From contig NC_091477.1 in the NCBI RefSeq assembly GCF_036971445.1, positions 17,422,001 to 17,486,000 on the forward strand: a stretch of DNA of 64,000 nt, in the 5' to 3' direction. The stretch is from Narcine bancroftii. Its lineage: Eukaryota. The notes beneath the pieces are model-generated. The model made no database searches and was not told the DNA's origin. It worked only from the letters and a program-made list of their open reading frames with translations. This document shows positions 54,051 to 64,000 of this stretch, piece after piece (the first letter of the stretch is position 1; each line of letters opens with the position of its first letter). A program made the translations under genes and the position numbers.

Positions 54051-54569
54051 TGTTGAATTGGTCTCCAACTTGCCAAGTACGAATGTCTGTCCCCACTTGT
54101 TTTGGCTTCAAATTATGGACATGTTGCAAAGTTTCAAATATTTCTGGATCATCTCGCATTTGTACCTCTGTGTTAAATAACACACAATGAGTTAACGTTA
54201 TACGGCACAGTTTATTTAATTCTCCTCCTTTGATCTCCAGTTAACAGGAGGCATAAGCCTCAATCCCCAATTTCCCTCGGCTCATAAAGCAAAAAGTGTA
54301 AATAAGCCTCTGGTCATCTCAACACAGGCGAGTCATTGGAGTAAAAGTGTGCAGAGGCAGTGAATGAAGTAAAAACCCAGCGCTGGAGGTTGGTAATTGT
54401 TTGGCCCCGCGTCTGATGACAAAAGGTTGTAAAAGCTTTATTATTGTTTGGTGAAACTAAGTATGACTCAACAGTTTCTATTCCTGTAGCAAAAGTGATG
54501 TAGACTTTATCCCAGTCTGATTTTAATCTTGTGTATTACCATTTTCTTGTTTAGCCTACTTCGATTTGT

Positions 54570-55820
54570 TGACAGGAGCAATTACTGTCCTATCAAAGGT
54601 GCTGAAGTTTTTTGAAAGGCTGGTGTTGATCAGATTCTGTCTGAGTGGATCAGTTCCAATTCACTTGATGGACCAAAAGGCCATGGCAGATGTCATTTCA
54701 CTGGCATCACACAAAGCCCTGGAACACCTGGACAGCAGGATGTTCTTGCTTGACTACAGTAGTCAACACCGTCCCCTCAAAATTTATCAGCAAACCTCCA
54801 AGATCTGGGATTCAGCACCCCACTAGGTAATAATGGATTTTCTCCACAATCAGTGAGGATCGATAAGAACTTTACCTTCACAATCAGTACCGGAGCACCA
54901 CACAGCTGTGTTCTTAGCCCCCTGCTCTACTTGATGTACACCTGTGGCTCCCTATGATAACAACATCATCTACAAATTTGCTGACAATACCACAGTAGGG
55001 GGTTGAATAGAGGGGTGACGAGTCAGCATAAAGGAGGAGATTGAAAACTTGGCTGAATGATGCATCAACAACAACCTCAATGTCACCAAAATGAAGGATC
55101 TGATTGTTGACTTCAGGAAGGGAAAACCAGAGGTATACAATCCAGTGATCATTGTGGGGATCAGAGGTGGAGAGGGTGAGTAAATTTAAAGTTCTTGGGA
55201 ATCACAATCTCAGAGAATCTTTCCTGGACCTAACTCGGGAGTTTTCAGAGGTATGACGTCGGAAACCTTAGCAAACTTCTACAGATGTATGGTGGAAAGT
55301 GTGTTGACCAGGTGCAGCATGGTCTGGTGTGGGAACACCAATACCCCTGAGTGTAAAACCCTGCAAAAGGTAGTGGACACAACACAGGACATCATAGACA
55401 ATTCCTACCCCCCCCCCCCCCCTCCGCTATTGAGAACATCCACAGAGAAAGCAAGAGCAATCATCAAGGATCTACATCACCCAGCACATACTCTGTGTTC
55501 ACTGCTACCATCAGGAAAGAGGTATAGGTGCCACAAGACTCATACCACCAGGTTAAGGAACACCCTCCACCATCAGACTTTTCAACAACAAACCCAATGA
55601 GGGAGTAACTTGAGGGCTCTTGCTTTTGCACTTTCTCTTTTTTTCTCTCTCTCTCTATGGCACAGTCAGTTTGGTTACATTTTGTTTGTTTACATGTGAA
55701 TGTTAAGTTGTTTTTTTTTTGCATGACCAATCAATGGTACTTCTGCCTCATCTGCAGGAAAAAGAATCTCAGGGTTGTATGTGATGTAATACATGTACTC
55801 CAACAATAAATCTGAAATAT
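54570..55820 (+). mobile_element. Rex/Babar-type LINE (RT to 3' end)
   Basis: 'LKFFERLVL', 'GAPHSCVLSPLLY', 'YKFADN', 'LANFYRCMVESVLT', 'LLPSGKRYR'; ends AATAAATCTGAAAT. Confidence 0.8.
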
Positions 55821-56576
55821 ACAATTATTTCCTTAATTGTCCAGAATGACCACTGAACAAGACAATGCTCATTGTTTTTACAAAGTATTGGTTCAGCTGC
55901 AGCAAGTAAGATATTTGGTGCACATATACATCGTACAATGTATATGATATTGGGAGGGACGGGTTGAGAAAATCCAGTTGGGGCTTAAAGGAAAAAGCAG
56001 AAGTTGATGCTGTTTGCTTGGAGATTCCCAAGGTGGAATGCAAAGTGCTCTTCCTCTATTTTGTGTGTGGCCTTAACTTGGCAGTTCAGTAGATCATTGG
56101 CAGGCAGGTCAGTGTGGGATTGAGAAGCGGAATTAAAATGGGTGGGAGATTCCAGGTATTGTGGCAGATGGAATGAACGTACTTAACCAAATGATTTCCT
56201 GTTCTCTTTGTCCAGTCTTCCTGATGTAGAGGTAACCGGAAGATTTTTGGTTGCTGTTGGGTCATTTAAAAGTAGTTCTAATTTTTTTTTTCTAGCCAGC
56301 TTTTATTTTTCAAGTCTATCCAATTTTTATTGGAATGAAATGTCAAAGACTCTTCTATTTTCTCGCAAGTGCCGATCTTCAGGAAAAATGGTTCATTTTT
56401 GTTATTTTTCTTTCATTTTGAGCATGTTGTCACAAAAGGACCGAATCATACAGAGATACATCAGGGAAAACAAGGCCTTTGACCGATCAAGACAGCCAAC
56501 CACCCATTTGCCCATGTCCTTTATTAATCACTTTTTAAATTCTCCCTACGTTCTTCAAATATCTGCACTTAGCTGC

Positions 56577-57535
56577 TGTTACGAGTCCAGAGGACCCCAA
56601 AACCCAGCAGCAATAGATATTCACCAAGACCAATAGTTGTTTAAACAAAAGTTGTTGTTAATTATCTTTAAACATGAAAACAGGATCACACTTATCTCTA
56701 TTAACTTAACCCCCTTCTAATCCAAGTGTATGTAATGTGTGTAAGTTTAGAAAAGTTCTTTGATTCACCTCATTCCTCCAAGTTCACTGGTTGCAGGCAA
56801 TTCTTGTACTGTGCACAGAATTTAACATTTATGAAGTTCACCAGGCTTTAGTGCTTGAAAGGTAAATAGTTACCACTCAAGAAGGTTCTTGTCAATTTTC
56901 CGAGAGAGATTTGTTGTTCTCTGGATGCCCACAACTGATTCCTTGTAACCAGCCACTTCAGTGTCTTGCCAAAGAAACTTGCCCCATCAGATTTTTCCAG
57001 ATAGTAACCTCTTTCTTTCAGGTCACCACAGAGTTCATTTTTGTTTCTCTTATTTCAAGTGAAACATTAGGCAGCCAGTCCTCTTGTATGAACCACAAGG
57101 GCTTTGACCAGGCTGAACTAAGCACTCACAACCTGTCTTCCAAATGGGGTTTTTCCACAAGCTTTCCAGCTTGTCCCATTCCAGTCCCAGCTACTGCTGC
57201 TGACAGTATCACTGCAGAACAGATCTCTCTCTGAGAAAAACCCTGTTTTTCTCTCTCTGCTTGCAAAACCACACGACCCTCTTAGAACAGCAAGTTCCAC
57301 TCCAGACAGTCTGTGGCTCTGACGAGTTCTTTCACCTGTTGCCTTTTTGTAAAGAACAATCCATTAGTGAACTCACTTGGGCACTCTCCAAAACTTTTGC
57401 AAAGGCTCTTGGAGCTAGCATGAGCAGAGCTCCAGTATTTTAAACAAGATCTGTTTTAAAGTGTTTGTATGTGACATAACCAAAAAAAAACCTGCCCCAA
57501 TTTATCTCCCAAAAACATATCTATAATCTGTCACA
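56577..57535. mobile_element. Solo LTR (959 bp) with 4-bp TSD CTGC, inserted into a SINE remnant
   Basis: TGTTAC...GTCACA termini; CTGC at 56573-56576 and 57536-57539; two further family members at 1-895 and 30729-30795. Confidence 0.88.
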
Positions 57536-57972
57536 CTGCACACTGGGGCAGTTTATAGTGGCAATTAACTTAACAATCTGCACAGCACTGGGATGTAGGA
57601 GGAAACTGAAGCTCCCAGAAGAAATGTGTGATCTCCGAGAGAATGGGTGCCATCTGTGTGGAGTTTCCACAAAGTCGGGGCTTAATCTGGGTGTCTGGAG
57701 TTCTGAGGCAGAAGCTCTGTTCATTTTGCTACGGTCCTGTCTGGTTTTAGGTGCTGTTGTCAAAGGAAGCTAGATTTCTGAATTTGAAACACTTGTTCAA
57801 GTGTGGCCTCACTTGGTTTAAATTTTGAGTTTTGTGGTGGTGGTGGTGGTGGGGGGGGGAGAGAGAACATGCATCCATTGAGACCTGTCAACACATTGGC
57901 TTTTCTTCTGTCTTTTCTTTCTGACAGAAAGTGATTTAATCTTTTCTACTCCTTCATTTTACAAAAATAACA

Positions 57973-58096
57973 ATGAAATTGGTTATATTGGAAGACAACT
58001 CAAAAGCCTGTGAATGGGTTGCAAAATATATTAGGAATCGGATCATTCAATTCAATCCAGGACCGAGCAAATACTTCACCCTGGGCTTGTCCTCTG
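57973..58096 (+). CDS. GNPDA1: Glucosamine-6-phosphate deaminase 1-like, coding exon 1
   Basis: 124 nt; MKLVILEDNSKACEWVAKYIRNRIIQFNPGPSKYFTLGLSS; acceptor CTGACAG at 57927, donor GTGAGT. Residues IRNR and FNPGP are GNPDA1-type rather than GNPDA2-type. Confidence 0.9.
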
Positions 58097-59469
58097 GTGA
58101 GTAGAATGATATTTAATGTGAACTATGTCTTGTTGGTTTACTAAATTTGAATGAATCTGGTTTTGAATTGAGTATTTTGGGGGTATGTTCAACAACAGAA
58201 AAGCAAGAAGATGCTGGAAATAGGAAAGAAAAAAAAATAGAGCCATGGAAAAATTCAGCAGGGTGTAAGGCAGCATCTCTGAGGAAGGAGAGAGATAAGT
58301 TAGATGTCAGATGTATGTTGAGCAAGGTAAGAATTGGAAGGAGCAAAAGGGAATTCCTGTGCTAGGAAGGAGGCCAATGAGACAAGTTTCTTGCAACAAT
58401 GTGTTAATTGCCATTCCCTTGCTGACACAACCACTGCTTGCTATTGGTTTCCTTCATCTCCATGCTATCACATGCATCCATTTGTTCTCATTTTCCAGCT
58501 TCTAGTTCTGATGAATCAACATAAATGTTAATTTTTTTTGCCTACTCAGATGTTGCCCATCTTGGGCATTTCTAGTATTTTCTGTTTTTATTACAAATGT
58601 TCATAAATGCCAATTAACATACACAGTCAGTAAAATCTCTGGTATCCAGCAGGTGTGGGGTTGGTGGATGCCAGATAAGTAAGTTTTTTTTTGTCACTTG
58701 AGACTCATTCTTCCAATGGCAAACTAATATACCTGCATTAAGAATACAGTTTAATTTCTGCAAATGGAATTTACTCAATATGGGTTTATTTTTATTCCAA
58801 ATATAAGATATTTTAGTGAATACAATGTATTGTCAAAAATGGATTTCGGAATAAAAACTGGGACTGCTTGAAATAAAAAAAATTGGGTAAGATTAACATT
58901 TTAATAGCATTAATATGACCTATGTGTGAGGAAATTTCAACCCCTCTGCTTTAAAAGGTTGATTCCTCCTTTTAAGAAATTCCTTCTGATTCGAGACACC
59001 CGAGTTTGTATTGAATTAATGAATCACTGAAAAATTTTCAAATGAAATCTTAAGCCAGGTTAAGAACCATTTATATAAAAAAAACCTTGTATTCTCATAT
59101 TGGAATGGAGTGAAAACAGATCAACGCATGACATCCACTAATGATGTTTTACTAAAACTGCAACTTGTGTCTTGGCATGTGGACTCTTGGATTTTGTTTA
59201 ACTAATAAATTTGAAGTTTCTTGTTGGCACACTTGTGTTTTTATCTTGCTAGAATTATTTCTAGTGGGTTATGAATAAGTGTTACAATATCCTTCAGAAA
59301 GGATATGTATTTTACAAAGCCAATGGCTGACTAAAATTTGCATCAATATCATTGGCAATAAGAATTCCTTTCAAAACCATCTTTTCTGACTAACTTCACT
59401 TAATTAATTATTGGTTAGTAATTGGTGGTTTCATCAAGTAAGATGGCAGAATATAAATCTGGATTATTT

Positions 59470-59700
59470 TGCCATACAGTATGGCAACAGGTCACTTCGG
59501 TCCACGAGTCTGTGCTGCCCAATTAACCTACCCCCCGGTACATTTTTCTATGATAGGAAAAAACTGGAACCCCCAGAGAAAACCCATGCAGATGCAGGGA
59601 GAACGTGCAAACTCCTTTCAGACAACATGAGATTCAAGGTCCAGTCCTGATCGCTGGCACTGTAAAGGCTTTGTGCTAGCCACTACACCAGCCATGCTGC
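59470..59700 (-). mobile_element. V-SINE/HE1-like SINE
   Basis: Same family as 41731-41984. Confidence 0.75.
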
Positions 59701-59769
59701 ATATTGAATTTATTTTTAAAGCTATCTAACACAATTGAACTTGCAGCTGTCATAAATATCTTTCTGCAG

Positions 59770-59871
59770 GCAGCACTCCATTGGGAAGTTATGAAAAACT
59801 AATTGATTATTATAAGAGTGGAGATTTATCTTTCAAATATGTGAAAGCATTTCACATGCATGAATATGTGG
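59770..59871 (+). CDS. GNPDA1: GNPDA1-like coding exon 2
   Basis: 102 nt; GSTPLGSYEKLIDYYKSGDLSFKYVKAFHMHEYV; TTTCTGCAG and GTAAGT. Confidence 0.92.
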
Positions 59872-61859
59872 GTAAGTGTGCTGCAGTACAACTTTTTGAC
59901 TTTATTGTCTAAAATACATATGGCTGATCTGAATTGTCATTTTTTTTTCTGTAGTGTCTGGCCTGGATTCAATGACTTGACATGTTTGTGTTGCATCTCT
60001 TAGTGCACTGATGCAGTAAATTTAATGAGAAAATTTACTATCAGTGAATCAAATATTTTCTATTACAAAAACTACATGCAATTGCCTTGAACTATTAATC
60101 TTAGAAATAATACCATAATAGAGAACAATTAGTAGATTATTCAGCCTTCCTGCCCCCCCAGCCTAATTGATCATTCAATCGGACTGTGATCTTCCCCAAG
60201 TCTGGTTTCCTGCCCTTTCTGTATAATCCTCGATCTTTTACTGATTGGAAATCTATCTCAGCTTTGTATAAGCCCAAGCACTCTTTCCACTCAGCTAAAG
60301 TTAAAAGGGATTTCCAAAAGCTCAATTCCTGAGAGAAGAAATTATTTATTATCTCATTCCTAAATGGGCACTCCTTCTGAGACTATGCCCTCTGGTTCTC
60401 ACTGTTCTTGAGATGTATTCACCCAGTCTCGCTCTGCCAATACACCCCCCTCCCAAGAATCTTGATTGTTCCTCACTTTTTTTTAAAATCTTTGAGCAGT
60501 GACAAGCTATTTAAACTTGTAGAACAGCCCCTCCATATCTGGAATCATCTCAGTACACCTGCAATGAACTTGCATTTATGATTCAATAGGGGCTCACAAT
60601 TGTTGAAAATACTCTACTTGTGGTCTTTCCAATGCCTCATGCAGTTAAACTTCAACTCCCTTTGATTAATGGCCAGTGATGCACTTGCGTGCTTTACTCC
60701 TTAGAACCCCACAAATCCAATGGTGCTGCAGATTTCTGCAGCTTCACCATTTTCTCACATGATTAAAAATATATTTATCAATTTGTTGCCCATTCACCTT
60801 ACCAAGCAATATTTCCATCCACAACTTATTTTTCTGCACACTATTTGCTAAAACACAATGGAGGCTTAATCAAAAAATGGAAGTGTGGTTTGATTTTTAT
60901 GCTAGGGCTATTTGTTTTTAATTTGATAAAGTTTCCTGTGAGCCAAGAAGTGTGAATGTGATGAGGCAAAGAGGTTGTGTAATTTCAAGCTGACTGCTTC
61001 ACATCCTGCATTTGGGAACTGGTGATGAAGCTTCTGTTGATATTGTTGAGCCTCAGAATCATTATATTGTTGGAAGATGTCATTTGGAACATTTGAGTCT
61101 ATGTTGTTTTTCATGTAAATCAATCCAATCAGTTTCATTCCTCCACTCTGTTTCCAATGCCCAGGAGGTTTTTTTTTCTATTTTAAAATGATTGATAATT
61201 TATTTCTGCTTCTTAACTCTTGTTGGCAAAAAGTTTCAGATTTCTTTTTAATCTTTTCCTCCCATTCCTTCTGCATTTATTGTCCAAAACCTTAAATGTG
61301 TACTCTCCCCCCACCCCCCCCCAAGTTCTTGTACCATGTCGAAAAGAACAGCTTTTATTTATCTACCTTGTATAAACTGATCATAAAGTTACCCACTTTG
61401 CACAATAATCGAAATGAGTGGCTGTTGTATAAATTCAATGATGCCTGCTTCTCTTGTTTATTTTTCTTCATACCCATTTCATTGAATGGCTTCTTTGAAT
61501 GAGGGTAGAGATTTAATAAATACCATTCTGGAAGTTACCTACTTTCTGCTCACCTGTGGCTTACAATTGTCCTGCCATACCTTAACTTTATAAAATATAA
61601 CAAATAAAAATCAAAATAAAGCATATGGCTTTTTTGAACTTGCTCCACCAGTTGGTAAGATCATGGATGAAGACTTGCCTCATTGTCCACTCTCCAATCA
61701 CGGTGCCCAATCACAATTGTTTATTTTGTTTTCATGAAGGAAGATTTGTTTGTTAATAATAAATATACTAGAATGTTCATATTCTAAACATTACCAGTGA
61801 TGTAATACTGATCTAAATTTGTAATGTTCAATGACTTGCATATTGCATTTCCCTTGCAG

Positions 61860-62042
61860 GCCTTCCAAGGAGGCACCCGAAAAGCTTTCACTCGTTCATG
61901 TGGAACATTTTCTTTAAACACTTGGATATCCTGGCTGAAAATACGCATAATCTGGATGGGAATGCTCCAGACCTGGAGGCCGAGTGCAACAATTTTGAGG
62001 AGAAAATTAAGGGGGCTGGGGGAATTGAGCTGTTTGTTGGTG
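61860..62042 (+). CDS. GNPDA1: GNPDA1-like coding exon 3; gene continues right of window
   Basis: 183 nt; GLPRRHPKSFHSFMWNIFFKHLDILAENTHNLDGNAPDLEAECNNFEEKIKGAGGIELFVG; CCCTTGCAG and GTACTG. Confidence 0.92.
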
Positions 62043-63072
62043 GTACTGTGCAATGAACTAATTAGAACTAATACACACGTCTTGTAGCTTGTGCACTTAA
62101 ATAACTGATGGCTGTATATTACTTTGGATCATGAAAAATCAAAGGGAGGATATCACATTGGCCAAATTACACACTTCCCCACCATTTGCAATACATAAAA
62201 GTGCTGGAGAAATTCAGCAGGTCACACAGCATCCATGGAAAGTAAAAGGTAATCAATGTTTTGAGCCTGACCCCTTCATTTGGAATTCCTTGCGGCACAG
62301 GCCAGTAATCATTGGTTACCTTTTACTTCCTATGGATGCTGTGTGACCTGCTGAGTTTCTCCAGCATGTTTGTGTATTATACTTGACCCCAGCATTGTTC
62401 AACTTTCCCAACATTTAGTATGCGATATAAACATCAGAAAATGATCAATGCACAGAAAAGCAGTAACAAACTTAATTCCTTTGCATTTAAGAAGCGAGAT
62501 AGAAAACGCACAGGGAGTAATAGATTAGTTTGGATTTAGAGTAGGCGTAGGAAGCTTGATTTAGACTTAAGAATCAAAAATGTGATTTCCAAATGTTGAT
62601 GTCAAGTTGGGTTGAGGAGGTGGTTGGTTTCATACATGCTGTTAAACAGGTATTATTAGCATGGAAGAGGTAAAAAAGGGATTACAGACTTGGGTGGTAA
62701 ATAAAAATCACAAGCCGTATAAAGCCGCCAAGGATTGTGGTTTATGTATAGAATTAGAAAATAACTAATCTGTAAACTCTACCTTAGTAGACCACACTCG
62801 GGAATAAGTACTGTCCTAGACACTATGATTGAAAGAAGGATGTAATGGTGACAGAAGTGATGTCAAAATAGAAAAGAATTACAGTAGTGCCATTAATGTA
62901 ATCTTCTGGCAATCATAGGAAAGCAAGTTTGACCTTTCAAAAAGAAAAAAAAAATCTATGTTCAATCTCTTAAAATAATAAAAGGTTGTGTAGGAGTGGG
63001 TGCAAAAGTTTCCAATTGACAGGAAGTGAAAAGATATCCTGAAAATAAAATAATGATCAGAAACATCTAATG

Positions 63073-64000
63073 AGTTTATTCCAAAAAGGTTTCACTGTCT
63101 CACATGACCAAGTAGAATGTAGAAAAGAACCTACATCCTTATGACACCTAAAACATAAATCCGAAGAAATAAAATTATATTTCCTCTATTTTTCCGGAGT
63201 TAAATATAATTGATGAAGAAAATTATAAAGAACCAATCGATACCTTACATTTACAATTTTAGTCATACAATCCCTACATAAATTCATCCAGTCATTCTGA
63301 GAAATAAGTCTACCTAAATATTTCTCCCATTTCAATCTAGATTTATGTATATCCAGCTTAAGCATTTTATTCTGTAGTAAGGCATACATCTCTGATATAA
63401 ATCCCTTCTTACCACCCTCAGTAAGTAAAATTTCAAATTTAGATCTTCTAGGTAACCGTAAAGTATGTCCAAAATTATCAAACAATAAAGCTTATTGGAA
63501 TAAACTTTAGGAATTTTTAGGAGTTATTTTGAAAGTGAAATTTTCATTAGATCCCTTGGTATTTTTGTTGGGTGATATTAAGAGGATTTGTTTAGAATTA
63601 AAATTAAATAGATTTCAAATTGCTTTTTTGAGATTGGCATTAGCTGCGACTGGAGAATGTTTGGTAATTACTTGGAAAAATTAGACTGATTTGAGTATTC
63701 GGAGATGGCATATGGGCTTGAGGTCTTGTATTCCATTGGAAAAGAGAACATATAATTCGTGTGATAATTTTTTTTAATTGTAAAACTTGGAGCCCGTATT
63801 TGAATTATTGGGGTTGAATCATTAAATCTCCTTCCCGCACAGTAGTGGTGTTGCCCCAAACCATGGTAATTAAATGATGAATTTTGATGTTATGTGATCT
63901 CCTCTCTTTTTTTTGGGGGGGGATAAGTTAGAGGGGGTGAATTGGGGTTGTAGGGGATTAGTTTTTAAGTTTTATTAATTATGTTTTAACATGTACATCA
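63073..64000. mobile_element. L1-clade LINE with inverted 5' segment (63073-63493 minus; 63495 onward plus)
   Basis: Minus: ..YRLVLYNFLHQLYLTPEK..CFRCHKDVGSFLHSTWSCETVKPFWNKL (CCHC domain). Plus resumes WNKL..DPLVFLLG..LRLALAATGECLVITWK. Confidence 0.8.

Noticed and set aside
57940-57972. Apparent broken acceptor (TTTTACAA) just before the GNPDA1 ATG
   Set aside because: A good polypyrimidine tract plus CAG acceptor exists at 57927, so this is not evidence of pseudogenisation.

Overview
Vertebrate genomic DNA, inferred to be a cartilaginous fish (ray/shark) from its V-SINE/HE1-like SINEs and CR1, Rex-Babar, RTE and Penelope repeats. Three spliced genes were reconstructed by hand from GT-AG junctions. 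(1) HSPA4 (Hsp110 family), minus strand, coding exons 1-6 from 21881 down to 3437; it continues off the left edge. (2) RNF14 (RWD-RBR E3 ligase), plus strand, complete CDS in 7 exons from 28730 to 40717 (1404 nt, 467 aa). It is head-to-head with HSPA4 across a shared CpG-island promoter. (3) A GNPDA1-like gene, plus strand, first three coding exons from 57973 to 62042; it continues off the right edge. The rest is intron or intergenic DNA rich in transposons and near-perfect minisatellites. The strongest leads are: a GNPDA1 whose catalytic motif FNMDEY reads FHMHEY (D72H) while frame and splicing are intact, a candidate pseudoenzyme; a 37-bp tandem array that multiplies BANP-type TMTCGCGAKA motifs inside the bidirectional promoter; three inverted-repeat structures around that promoter; a 67-bp mini-LTR with intact target-site duplication (TSD); and two 5'-inverted L1s. 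No tRNA, rRNA or CRISPR array was found. All family assignments come from recalled motifs, not database searches.
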